Part shown: piece by piece, positions 55,102-64,000 of the stretch
Position numbering within the stretch: position 1 is the stretch's first letter
Layout: each line of letters begins with the position of its first letter
Assembly (NCBI GenBank): GCA_965248265.1
Contig: CBDFJF010000002.1
Span: forward strand, 4,064,001 to 4,128,000
Source of the DNA: Candidatus Latescibacterota bacterium
GTDB lineage: Bacteria; Latescibacterota; UBA2968; UBA8231
Direction: 5' to 3'
Length of the DNA: 64,000 nucleotides
The notes under the pieces: model-generated
The model's input: only the letters and a program-made list of their open reading frames with translations
The model's database searches: none
Told to the model about the DNA's origin: nothing
Position numbers and translations under genes: made by a program

Positions 55102-55593
55102 CTATATATCCAGAGAGCGATTGACCATGTCTTTGGCCGCGCTCATGACGGTGGCGTTGGCCTCGTAAGCTCGCGAAGCCGAAATCATGTCCACCATCTC
55201 GGTGACGACGTTGATGTCCGGGAAGACGACATAGCCATCTTCACGGGCGTCGGGATGGTTTGGGTCTAGAACCAGGCGCGGTTTCAACGGCTCTTCCCTG
55301 ATCGCCTGCGTCATGACCCCGGAGCCGACGAAGATCTCGTCGGGGCGAGGCGGGGACTCCAACATGTGTTTGAAGTCCGTGCGCTTCAGACGACTCTTCT
55401 GCTCCTCCAGCATGCTGGAGAACTTGGTCATCTTGGGTGCCTCGAGCATGACAACGCGGCGGCGCTTGTAGGGACCGCCTTCGTCAGTGCGCGTCGTGTC
55501 TACGTTGGCGATGTTGCCTGCGATGGCGGTGAGCTTGCGTCGCTGCGCGCTCAATCCCGTGGCGCTGATGTCAATCGTGTCGAAGATCTGCAT
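55102..55593 (-). CDS. flgC: Basal-body rod protein FlgC
   Basis: 'ISATGLSAQR', 'NIANVDTTRT..GGPYKR', 'HPDA..DGYV', 'EMVDMISASRAYEAN'. Confidence 0.97.
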   Translation of the reverse strand: MQIFDTIDISATGLSAQRRKLTAIAGNIANVDTTRTDEGGPYKRRRVVMLEAPKMTKFSSMLEEQKSRLKRTDFKHMLESPPRPDEIFVGSGVMTQAIREEPLKPRLVLDPNHPDAREDGYVVFPDINVVTEMVDMISASRAYEANATVMSAAKDMVNRSLDI

Positions 55594-55632
55594 GTATTAC
55601 CTATTTCCTTTGTGATCTCTCCCACATGATCA

Positions 55633-56049
55633 TCAACCGTGTGGCCGACCAGCTATGCTCTTCCTGAGCCCGTCGAAGGTACCGGCCAACAGCCGCGCGC
55701 CGACGTTGAAGAACAGATGATTCTCTGCCAAATCGGCCATCTCGATGTCTATGTCGACGTTGTTCAAGCCAGTGTCGTTCACACCGGTCGGTACCTCGAA
55801 CACCGTTGGATTCTCCGTGGGTTTCGGTACGGTTATGTGCCTCGGATCCGTCGTCTGACCCTCGACTGGAGGTTTGCGGACGAACGAGTCGAGGTATTCC
55901 TTGAAACGGACACTCTGCTTGCGGTACCCCTTTGTCGAAACATTGGCGATGTTGTTGGCGGTCACCCTCTGACGCAGCTGAGTAACATCCAACACCGCCG
56001 TGAGCACAGGTGCCTTGGTCTTGTTGAACAGGACTTTGTCCAGAAACAT
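55633..56049 (-). CDS. flgB: Basal-body rod protein FlgB
   Basis: 'RQRVTANNIANVST.GY', 'NNVDIDIEM'; ATG 56049 after GAGG. Confidence 0.95.
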   Translation of the reverse strand: MFLDKVLFNKTKAPVLTAVLDVTQLRQRVTANNIANVSTKGYRKQSVRFKEYLDSFVRKPPVEGQTTDPRHITVPKPTENPTVFEVPTGVNDTGLNNVDIDIEMADLAENHLFFNVGARLLAGTFDGLRKSIAGRPHG

Positions 56050-56149
56050 CGCTACCTCAACTTGTCTCACTCGGCCTGCCACCCGGTCCATTCCGGGGGC
56101 TCATCGTCACGGATACAGCCCGGACGTGCCGGGGCTTTGGAGCCGAAGG

Positions 56150-56165
56150 AGCAATTACTATGCCC
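56150..56165 (-). promoter_or_regulatory. Sigma-54 (-24/-12) promoter for the flgB operon
   Basis: Minus strand GGGCATAGTAATTGCT (GG-N10-GC with TTGCT); IHF-like motifs at 56185-56194 and 56200-56209 just upstream. Confidence 0.72.
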
Positions 56166-56327
56166 TGTTGTGGTTTTTCCCGTGTAACAGGTTGGGCTGC
56201 AGCAGGTTACATATTAGACGGCAAGTTGATGGGGGGCTGATGAGGTGGCTTTGCGGGAAGAACCGGCGGGATGCCTGAAGCGCTGCAGGAAACTATTGCC
56301 GGGGCCGAGCGAGCCCCAAGACTGCTG

Positions 56328-57314
56328 CTATGGAGAGCCTGCGCGGCGACTGATGCTTGGGCTGCGCCCGCCACGTTGATTCATGCTGGCCAGCATATCA
56401 CCCAACAAACCAGTGGAAAATAGCTGGATGCCGACGATGATGAGGAGCATCCCCAACATCAACAGAGGCTGGCGGTGCTGGATCGTTCCCGTCTGCAACC
56501 ACAGGTAGGTTATGTAGCCGCCGATGCCGCCACCGGCGATCCCGCACAGCAGGCCTAGGGTACCGAAGACATGCATGGGCGTCGTCATGAAGCGGACGAC
56601 GAACGTGATTGACATCAGGTCGAGAAGACCGTGCAGCAGTCGCTTGGAACCGAACTTGGAGCGGCCGAATTGCCGCGGATGGTGGTGCACGGGAAGTTCG
56701 CTCACCCGGTAACCGGACCAGTGAGCGATGGCGGGCAGATAGCGATACAGTTCGCCGTACAGGTACGGCAACGCATCTTCGGCAACCTCCCTGCGGTAGG
56801 CCTTCAGGCCGCAGTTGAAGTCGTGCAGGCGCACGCCGGAGACGATCGAGGTCACCATGTTGAAAAGCTTCGATGGCAGGCGTTTGCTGAGTGGATCCCT
56901 GCGTTCCTTTTTCCATCCGGAGACCAGGTCCACTTCCTCGAGCGCCTTCAGAAGATTCGGAATCTCATCGGGATCGTCCTGCAGATCACCGTCCATGGTC
57001 ACGATCACCTCACCGCGGGCTTCCTGAAATCCCGCAGCCAGGGCGGCCGCTTTGCGGTAGTTTCGTCGGAAACGGATGGCCCGCACCCGGGGGCTGTATT
57101 GGCGTGCCAAATCGGCGATTACGTCGAACGTGCCATCCGTGCTGCCGTCGTCGACGAATACTATTTCCGAAACAAGCGTGAGCTGCGACAACACCCCATC
57201 CAGCTTTTGACACAGTGTGGGCAGGCTCTCCACTTCATTGAAGACAGGCACCACAATGGTCAAATCGACCTGACCTGGCGCTTCGCCCACCACCACCTGA
57301 CTCACCTCACTCAT
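56328..57314 (-). CDS. GT2 polyprenyl-phosphate glycosyltransferase (ArnC/GtrB-like)
   Basis: 'VVPVFNE', 'VDDGSTD', 'MDGDLQDDP', 'HDFNCGLKAYR'; two C-terminal TM segments. Confidence 0.9.
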   Translation of the reverse strand: MSEVSQVVVGEAPGQVDLTIVVPVFNEVESLPTLCQKLDGVLSQLTLVSEIVFVDDGSTDGTFDVIADLARQYSPRVRAIRFRRNYRKAAALAAGFQEARGEVIVTMDGDLQDDPDEIPNLLKALEEVDLVSGWKKERRDPLSKRLPSKLFNMVTSIVSGVRLHDFNCGLKAYRREVAEDALPYLYGELYRYLPAIAHWSGYRVSELPVHHHPRQFGRSKFGSKRLLHGLLDLMSITFVVRFMTTPMHVFGTLGLLCGIAGGGIGGYITYLWLQTGTIQHRQPLLMLGMLLIIVGIQLFSTGLLGDMLASMNQRGGRSPSISRRAGSP

Positions 57315-57422
57315 TCTCGGACCTTATCGTCGTATCCTTCAGCTTTCCGCCCACTGTCGGGTTCATACGTTGGCCAATAATAAGCATGCTGTGACCAACC
57401 CGCCCAACGAGTGATGGCCTGC

Positions 57423-60032
57423 CTACGTCGGCGAACCGACTCGAGCCCTGGGCCGGTTCTCACCTCCGTAGTCGATGGCGAAGCGAATGACCAGAAGCGC
57501 CAGGCCAGCCGAGACCATGTTCAGGACAACATCCTTGACCTCGAAATAGCGCTGCGGCAACACCCACTGTATCACCTCGTCGCCAAGGCCGATGACGGTC
57601 GTTGACACCAGACTCCATGGATAGGCGTGACGATCGGCGAGGTCGAGTTGCAAGGCTCGTAGGATCAGATAGGCCATCAGTCCGTACTCGAGCAGATGCA
57701 GTCTCTCAGCAGGAAAGCGACTCAAGGCAAAAAGCAGATAAACATAGGCTGGAGTTATCAAGGCGATGGCGACATAGGGAATCCAGCTCTGCCGTCCTAC
57801 CCGGCGCCTCGCCGTCCACAGCAGGGATGTGACGGCGATCACAGCGACCGCTGTGCCCAGATGCTTGATGGAGCCCTCGGTCAAGTCGCTCAGCCGACGC
57901 CAGACAACCGGAAAAACGCCCAGCGTGCTGTAGACGATACCAATGTAGGCCAGCGTGATCCCCCAAACCCGGCAGCGATCCACGCCAAGCGCCGCTCTCA
58001 GCCGCGGCCACGCTGCAGCCACGATGATCGCGCATATCAGCAACCAAGCGCTTACATCCGCGGCTGGCAGATGCGTGGCCCACACGGCGAGCTCGAACAG
58101 GCCTGCGGCCAGCCCCAAGACCATATGAGCCACTTCGGAAGCGCCCTGGCCTGCTAGAATGCCCGCTTGCATCAGCAGTGTGGCGGCGTCCGGGCTGCCA
58201 TCGACGACTCGCGAAGCAGCGAGGTTGAAGGTGACCCACGAACTCGCCGACGCGCTCGAGGCATCAGCGCGGCGCACACGGAAATGCCAGGGATTGTACA
58301 GTACGAGAGAGTTCCAGAAGGTCGAGTGAAACGGCCCATAAGCGGGCGCACTGCCCACAACCGACAGCTCGCCAGTCAAGTGGTAGTTGCCCTCCCCCAC
58401 CGAGTATTCGATGACATACGGTGCCTCACGGTCACCAGTCCAGTGTAGTTGTATGGTCTGTCCGGCTCCGGCGTATTCCAGGGTATCTCCTGACAGCGGA
58501 TAGATGATGCGGAGCGAATCGCTTGGCGAATCGCTTGGCGGATCGCTGCGCGGGCCATCGTCGAGCCCGTCCGTCTGTGATTCCTGCATGCCCGCCGGCT
58601 GAACCAGCTGACCGCCGAGCGCCTTGCGCGCCTGACTCTCCATTGCCCAGGATTGCAAAACCACTCGGAGGCTGTCAGCGATGTCGGGGAATTGGGCCAC
58701 AACATTGCTGCGCTCCCGCGGATCGACGTCCACGGCATACAGTTCCTCAGTTGAGGCCGCCCCGTCACCTGGCACAAACCGAATCAACTTCCATCGCCGG
58801 GTCCGTACCGCGCGTGTGCGGTCGGCGTATTGCCTGGCGTCCGCAGTGTATCCACCGCCAGAGGTCTCGCAGAAGACAGCCCGCTGCTCCCATCCTGGGG
58901 ACTCGGCTATCAGCGGTAGCAGCGAGCGCCCCTGAACCTGCTCTGGCACCGGGACACCGGCCATCTCCAGCACCGTCGGCATGACATCGATGCACTGCAC
59001 CGGATCGTCGATGACGCGGCCTGACGGCAGCCGCCCAGGCGACCAGGCGATCAGCGGAATCCGGATCAGCTCGTCATACAGACGACCTTCCTTGAAGGTC
59101 GACACGTGCCCGATCAGGCCGTGATCGAGCAGCTCTTCCCCATGGTCAGCGGAAATCAACAGCAAGGTGTTGTTTGCCAGCCCTGTCGTGACCAGGGTCG
59201 ATCGAAGTCGCCGAAAAAATTGCTCGTCCATGCGCCGAATTTGAGCATCGTACAGAGCTCGTACCCAATCACTGTCGGAGGAATCGAATTCGATGAGCTC
59301 GCGTACCAACATGATTTCTCGTTGCACCAACTCCATCTTTCTCGCGTCGGCCATTCGGGCCAACCTGCCGAAGGGATTGTAGGGAGAGCCGAATACCTCC
59401 TGCAGGTAGGGTTCCTCGAATTCCGGCCCTGGCGCGTACGGCTGATGCAAATCTCGGTAGTGGTAGTAGGCGAAAAACGGCCGCTCATCCGTGACGCTCT
59501 CATTCTCGAGCCAGTGAAACAGAACCTCGTCGCCATCCCGCATATAGCGGTTTTGGCCTGGGAACGTCTCATCCATCCCCAGATGGCTGAAGTTGGGCAT
59601 GTCATTCAGAAAGAACAGACCTGGAGCACGATAGCCGGCGGCTTTCAGAGCCTCGGCGAGAGTCGTCACCGATGAATCGAGCCGACGGCCGCGCACATCA
59701 ACTCCGTGGACGGGAGCGTGCAGGGAGGTGTGGATGGAAATCAGACCGGGAGTCGTCCAGGCCGAAGTCGTGAAGGCCTGGCGAAAGAACACGCCCTCAC
59801 TGCTGAGCGTGTCGAGATGCGGGCTGACGCTCCTCTCACCTCCGAGAGCACCGTTGTCGTAGAACCCCAGGCGATCAGGGCGGAACGTGTCCGCCGTTAT
59901 CAGGATGATATTCGGAGCGGACGGTGGCGCTACTGGTACGGGTTCAGAAGCCGCCGCGAAAGCCGCAGAACATGCGATAATGGCCGTGCAAAGGAGGATC
60001 CACCCAGGCCGCTTATTCCTCTCGTCGGTCAC
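57423..60032 (-). CDS. Exported sulfatase/alkaline-phosphatase-superfamily domain fused to a C-terminal VanZ-like membrane domain
   Basis: 'PNIILITADTFRPD', 'LHQPY', 'ISADHGE', 'IRIPLI', 'IDVMPT'; VanZ-like 'ERLHLLEYGL', 'DEVIQWVLPQRYFEVKDVVLN'. Confidence 0.8.
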   Translation of the reverse strand: MTDERNKRPGWILLCTAIIACSAAFAAASEPVPVAPPSAPNIILITADTFRPDRLGFYDNGALGGERSVSPHLDTLSSEGVFFRQAFTTSAWTTPGLISIHTSLHAPVHGVDVRGRRLDSSVTTLAEALKAAGYRAPGLFFLNDMPNFSHLGMDETFPGQNRYMRDGDEVLFHWLENESVTDERPFFAYYHYRDLHQPYAPGPEFEEPYLQEVFGSPYNPFGRLARMADARKMELVQREIMLVRELIEFDSSDSDWVRALYDAQIRRMDEQFFRRLRSTLVTTGLANNTLLLISADHGEELLDHGLIGHVSTFKEGRLYDELIRIPLIAWSPGRLPSGRVIDDPVQCIDVMPTVLEMAGVPVPEQVQGRSLLPLIAESPGWEQRAVFCETSGGGYTADARQYADRTRAVRTRRWKLIRFVPGDGAASTEELYAVDVDPRERSNVVAQFPDIADSLRVVLQSWAMESQARKALGGQLVQPAGMQESQTDGLDDGPRSDPPSDSPSDSLRIIYPLSGDTLEYAGAGQTIQLHWTGDREAPYVIEYSVGEGNYHLTGELSVVGSAPAYGPFHSTFWNSLVLYNPWHFRVRRADASSASASSWVTFNLAASRVVDGSPDAATLLMQAGILAGQGASEVAHMVLGLAAGLFELAVWATHLPAADVSAWLLICAIIVAAAWPRLRAALGVDRCRVWGITLAYIGIVYSTLGVFPVVWRRLSDLTEGSIKHLGTAVAVIAVTSLLWTARRRVGRQSWIPYVAIALITPAYVYLLFALSRFPAERLHLLEYGLMAYLILRALQLDLADRHAYPWSLVSTTVIGLGDEVIQWVLPQRYFEVKDVVLNMVSAGLALLVIRFAIDYGGENRPRARVGSPT

Positions 60033-61065
60033 CGGATTCGACCCTGATTACGGCTGCCAGCAATATCGCCGATGCTGTGGCAACGAGGACGATACCCACC
60101 GGCTTGGCAGGAAGGATGCTCTCGACGAACGCATCCCCCAGGCCGCTAAGGAGAAAGACACCCGCTCCCAGGATGAGATTGAGCAAGGCGACGCCGACGT
60201 CGACGCGGCGATGGCTCCAACCACGCTGCACAAACCTCTGGTAGAGGTGCTGCCGATGCGCGGCGAGCAGATTTTCGCCGCGCAGACCGCGACGGAAAAG
60301 GGTGTAGAACACATCGAACAGGTAGTATCCGAAGACCCCGGCGAACACCCATATGGGCAGTCCCGCCTCGGCACCCAGCACTGACAACACACCAAACTGA
60401 AGGCCCAAAAACATCGCGCCCACATCGCCCATGAATATGCGTGCAGGCGGAAGGTTGAAAGGCATAAAGGCAGATGTGGCGACAACGACTATGAGAACGC
60501 CAGGCCAAAGCGCGGATCCGCTCGCCCACAGACAAACAGCGAACCAGGACCCGGCGGTGAGCGTTTGAACCCCACCGATGCCGTCTATGCCGTCCATGAA
60601 ATTGTAGACGTTCATCAGGCCGACAAGCCATAATGCGGTAGCCAACCACGCCCATGGGCCCACAAGCGTAATGTGAAGGAGCGCCGGCAGGTTGATGCCA
60701 GCTAGCAGAGCGCCACTCGCGCACACTGCCAGGGCGGATGCAACTTGCAGTCCCAATTTTTCCCTAACCGTGAGCGGCCGGCGGACGTCATCGACGACGA
60801 AGAGGAGCAGGATCAGGTTGGCGGCGATTAACCCATAGCTGTCGATGGGAATGCCTGCGTGCATGAGCCACGAGTAGTACCCGGCCCATGTGCCGGCGAC
60901 GATGCCCAATCCACCCAATGTGGGTATTGGCCGCTGATGAGAACTTCGGGCCACTGGCTCGTCGTGAATCTTCCAGCGCCACGCCACGCGCAGTGTCATC
61001 CAGGTCACCCCGAATCCCACAGCCGCCGTGAGAATCAGCGGTGATACTACGCCCATGGTACTCAT
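60013..61065 (-). CDS. MraY/WecA-family (PNPT) polyprenyl-phosphate N-acetylhexosamine-1-phosphate transferase
   Basis: 'RSSH..PIPTLGG', 'VDD', 'NVYNFMDGIDG', 'FNLPPARIFMGDVG', 'AHRQHLYQR'; start approximate. Confidence 0.9.
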   Translation of the reverse strand: MSTMGVVSPLILTAAVGFGVTWMTLRVAWRWKIHDEPVARSSHQRPIPTLGGLGIVAGTWAGYYSWLMHAGIPIDSYGLIAANLILLLFVVDDVRRPLTVREKLGLQVASALAVCASGALLAGINLPALLHITLVGPWAWLATALWLVGLMNVYNFMDGIDGIGGVQTLTAGSWFAVCLWASGSALWPGVLIVVVATSAFMPFNLPPARIFMGDVGAMFLGLQFGVLSVLGAEAGLPIWVFAGVFGYYLFDVFYTLFRRGLRGENLLAAHRQHLYQRFVQRGWSHRRVDVGVALLNLILGAGVFLLSGLGDAFVESILPAKPVGIVLVATASAILLAAVIRVESGDRREE

Positions 61066-61111
61066 ACAGCGGGGCCGCCCAGGATGGGCAACTCGCATGT
61101 ATCAAGCTCAT

Positions 61112-61954
61112 TCACGATGGGTATATCCGCGCCAGTGCCTCGTCGAAATCGATTGGGTCGAACCCGAAATCAGAGCGCGCCGCCTCGATCGAAGACACCT
61201 TGTCCTCTTGAGACCGCAACACTTGCTCCGTGGTCACAGGAGCATTTACCCCCAGCAAGCTCAGGCATCGCAGTCCTGCCATCGCCACCCCCACCGGAAT
61301 CCTGACTTTCCTCGGGCGCACCTCGAGGGCTCTCCCCAGGGCTGCGACGATGTCGTTGAGAGACAGTGCATTAGGTCCCGCCAGGGCGTAGGTTTTACCA
61401 GCGGTGCTCGGCCGCACCAGGCAGGCCAACGCCGCGGTGACGACATCGTCGACGTAGACGGGTTGCGACAGAGCCCGGCCGTTGCCGAACACGGGCACCC
61501 AACCGAATCGTCTGAGCTGAATCGCGATGTGATTGATATTGCGATCGTCCCGACCGAAAATCATTGAAGGGCGCAGAATCGTGCACGGTGTTTCGAAGTT
61601 CCGCACTTCTTGCTCTGCCCTAGCCACCTCGTCGACGGAAGGCGAGGGTACGGTCGATAGCAGGCGCAGCGAACTGAGAGCCACCATGTGCTCCAGCGCC
61701 GGCGGTGCCTCTTCAAGCAATTGCGGAGTGTAGCGAATGTGCGCCAGGTGCAGTACGCGCTGCACCCCGGTCAAGGCCGCACGCACGGCATTCCGATCGG
61801 TGAGATCCCCGACAATAACATCCAGATCCCGTAGATCCACCGTTGATAGATCACTCGTCGGCCGCACGAAGACACGAACAGACTCTGTCTTCTCTCTAAG
61901 TCGGGGAAGCAGCCGCTGGCCAGTGAAACCGGTCGCTCCGGTCAGGAGAACCAT
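61112..61954 (-). CDS. NAD-dependent epimerase/dehydratase (atypical SDR)
   Basis: 'LLTGATGFTG', 'ILRPSMIFG', 'QPVYVDDV'. Confidence 0.85.
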   Translation of the reverse strand: MVLLTGATGFTGQRLLPRLREKTESVRVFVRPTSDLSTVDLRDLDVIVGDLTDRNAVRAALTGVQRVLHLAHIRYTPQLLEEAPPALEHMVALSSLRLLSTVPSPSVDEVARAEQEVRNFETPCTILRPSMIFGRDDRNINHIAIQLRRFGWVPVFGNGRALSQPVYVDDVVTAALACLVRPSTAGKTYALAGPNALSLNDIVAALGRALEVRPRKVRIPVGVAMAGLRCLSLLGVNAPVTTEQVLRSQEDKVSSIEAARSDFGFDPIDFDEALARIYPS

Positions 61955-61973
61955 GCGGAGGAGCCTGCCTGTC

Positions 61974-63260
61974 TCAACCGGAGGATTTGCCGTCGACGGG
62001 AGTTGAGTCCGCCTTCGCGCTCTCGACGGTAGACCGCGCCGCCTGCTTCCAGGCGTTGATTTCTTTCTGAAGAGTCACAAAGTCGTCGAAGAGCTTGCGC
62101 TTCTTGCTGGACTCAACTCGGGACAACGATTGCAGGTAGCGGCGCTTGGCTTGCAGGTACTGCTCGTGAGCCAGCGCCGAATCCCCGGAGGTGGCGGCGT
62201 GGGTGGCTCGCCGCCAGTGCGCCTTTCCCATGCGCCACAGTTGATTGCGCTGAATGACGTTGGCCTTGGTCAGGATATCCAGAGCCTCACCAGAGGGCTT
62301 TCTCTGGTAGACCATGGCCAGCAGCATAAACCCACGTTCGTTGTACTCCCGCTGCTTGCCAAGATAGGTCGTCTCTGCCATGGCAGCATCGATGTAGAAC
62401 CTTCCCAGCTTGATCAGGTGTTCGTTCATCGTCGTCTGTTGCTGCTTGGAGTCGAAGGAGGCGGCCCTTCCACTCGAACCGGTGCCCTTGAGCTTTTTCA
62501 TCGCCCGCTCCCGGTTCTGCCGCATGAGGATATGACGGTGAAACACAGTGGCCTCGTGAAGAGTGGCGATTTCCTCCCACCAGGCCGTGCGCTCGCCACC
62601 GCCCTTGATGGCGATCTCTCGCAGTTCCTCGTAGAGCTTGAGTCTCGTCTTGAAATAGGATTTTAAGAAATCAGGGCGAACCCCCTCCCAGCCATCCTCG
62701 TGCGCCAGAAACTCACGGTTGAGAGCCATGTCCAGCAGGCCTGGAGCCACGCTATTCAAGTGCCTCTCCGGCGGGCTCGCGGCGTAAATGATCTCTCTCG
62801 CTTTCTCCACGTAGTATCCGGCCCCCGGTGGTTGCGCCTTGCGTGGATTGCGCTCACGATAGTCGGCCGAGAACATCTCGTCGTACGTCCGGCCCTTGGC
62901 TAAAGCCTCTTCCAGGAACGTCCAGAACGTCTCCTCGGATGGGAGGTACTGAAACGCTTCGTTGAACCACTCCTCGCTGACATCCTCAGGCGTTGCCCGG
63001 ATCTGGGTCAGAATGATTTGTTTGATCTCGTCCTTGTCTATCTTCGCCTGTTCCGCTGCGAGACGCTTTTTTTCTTCTCGCTTCTCCCTTCGGTCCTCCG
63101 CTGCACGCTCCAGAAGCTCAACTGCAGTGGGAGGAGGTTCTTTCTTCGGGGCAGCGGGTTGCATCGATGTCAGCACTGCGCCGACGATGCCGGCGATGAG
63201 CAATACGGCGCCTGCGATTAGCGGTGCAAAGGCTTTCATTCCCTTGGCCAAAGCTCTCAA
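61974..63260 (-). CDS. Hypothetical membrane-anchored alpha-helical protein
   Basis: 428-aa ORF with one N-terminal TM segment, charged helical body and TPR-like C-terminus; true start may be ATG 63239. Confidence 0.65.
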   Translation of the reverse strand: MRALAKGMKAFAPLIAGAVLLIAGIVGAVLTSMQPAAPKKEPPPTAVELLERAAEDRREKREEKKRLAAEQAKIDKDEIKQIILTQIRATPEDVSEEWFNEAFQYLPSEETFWTFLEEALAKGRTYDEMFSADYRERNPRKAQPPGAGYYVEKAREIIYAASPPERHLNSVAPGLLDMALNREFLAHEDGWEGVRPDFLKSYFKTRLKLYEELREIAIKGGGERTAWWEEIATLHEATVFHRHILMRQNRERAMKKLKGTGSSGRAASFDSKQQQTTMNEHLIKLGRFYIDAAMAETTYLGKQREYNERGFMLLAMVYQRKPSGEALDILTKANVIQRNQLWRMGKAHWRRATHAATSGDSALAHEQYLQAKRRYLQSLSRVESSKKRKLFDDFVTLQKEINAWKQAARSTVESAKADSTPVDGKSSG

Positions 63261-63374
63261 TCCCGGTTGGTCAGATAACTGGTCAAAACTTTCGTATCTT
63301 TATGCTGCAATGTAAGTTACATGACTTCCTTTAGCAATCTCCTAGCACGCGGACAGGCAGGGACGACGGTCGTA

Positions 63375-64000
63375 ATGATAGTGATTCCAAGAGGTGCCCA
63401 CATCCACCTTATCGCTGTCTGCGGCACCGCGATGGGGTCCCTGGCCGGAATGTTGCGGGAGTCGGGGTACCGAGTCACGGGATCTGATGCCCGGGTCTAC
63501 CCACCCATGAGTGATTTCCTGCGCTCGGCCGGCATCGAGGTGATGGAGGGCTTTGATACGGCCCATCTGCGCCCCAAGCCAGACCTCGTCGTCGTCGGTA
63601 ACGCCGTGTCACGGGGCAATGTCGAGGTCGAGGGCACGCTCGATCAGCGCCTCCCTTTCGCCTCTCTGCCGGAGATCCTCAGGGATTTCTACCTGCGGCC
63701 AACGACCCCCATTGTCGTTACCGGTACCCATGGCAAGACCACGACTACTGCCATGATCGCCCACCTGTTGAGCCAGGGAGACCTGGATCCGTCCTACCTG
63801 ATCGCTGGGATCACACTTGACTTTCCGAAGCCGTATCACCTGGGCAATGGAGCCCATTTCGTCATCGAGGGAGATGAGTACGACAGCGCCTTCTTTGCCA
63901 AACAAGCGAAATTCCTCTCCTATCTCCCCCAGCTGCTCGTTATCAACAACATTGAATTCGATCACGCCGACATCTACCCTGATTTGGAACATATCGAAAC
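63375..64000 (+). CDS. mpl: Murein peptide ligase Mpl (MurC-like), truncated by the window end
   Basis: Not in the ORF track; translated by hand: 'HIHLIAVCGTAMGSLAGML', 'GSDARVYPPMS', 'VTGTHGKTTT', 'EGDEYDSAFF', 'NNIEFDHADIY'. Confidence 0.9.
   Translation, partial: MIVIPRGAHIHLIAVCGTAMGSLAGMLRESGYRVTGSDARVYPPMSDFLRSAGIEVMEGFDTAHLRPKPDLVVVGNAVSRGNVEVEGTLDQRLPFASLPEILRDFYLRPTTPIVVTGTHGKTTTTAMIAHLLSQGDLDPSYLIAGITLDFPKPYHLGNGAHFVIEGDEYDSAFFAKQAKFLSYLPQLLVINNIEFDHADIYPDLEHIE

Noticed and set aside
58514-58548. 12-bp tandem repeat inside the sulfatase-like gene
   Set aside because: In-frame linker expansion (SDPP/SDSP/SDSL) with no sign of phase variation

Overview
GC-rich (roughly 60% by eye) chromosomal window from a diderm bacterium. 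The style suggests a poorly cultured lineage such as Ca. Latescibacterota, but that is inference only. About 28 kb (28.5-56.2 kb, minus strand) is a flagellar basal-body/hook/export/motor cluster running flgB to fliA, followed by HDOD, GAF histidine kinase and DUF2802-like genes. It has two good sigma-54 promoters, and fliG and flhG are absent from their usual slots. A separate flagellin at 13.1 kb has a sigma-28 promoter and a CsrA-type hairpin over its ribosome-binding site. The most striking uncharacterised system is a four-gene operon at 14.5-23.2 kb. It encodes a ~1600-aa fusion of a PA/M28-peptidase fold (degenerate metal site, RecA-C-terminal-like insert) to a MacB/FtsX permease, an OPT-like peptide transporter with an apparently circularly permuted FnIII-like insert, a duplicated-domain hypothetical protein, and a stand-alone PqqD/RRE protein. 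Two ~160-bp MITE-like elements have unrelated terminal inverted repeats but share a 54-nt covarying structured core. The rest is housekeeping and envelope genes: dppB/dppC, TPR + LolB-like, a DprE1/DprE2-like pair, recD2, rel, hisC, WecA-like/GT2/sulfatase-VanZ and mpl. No rRNA, tRNA or CRISPR array was recognised. All family calls come from reading motifs by eye, not from database searches.
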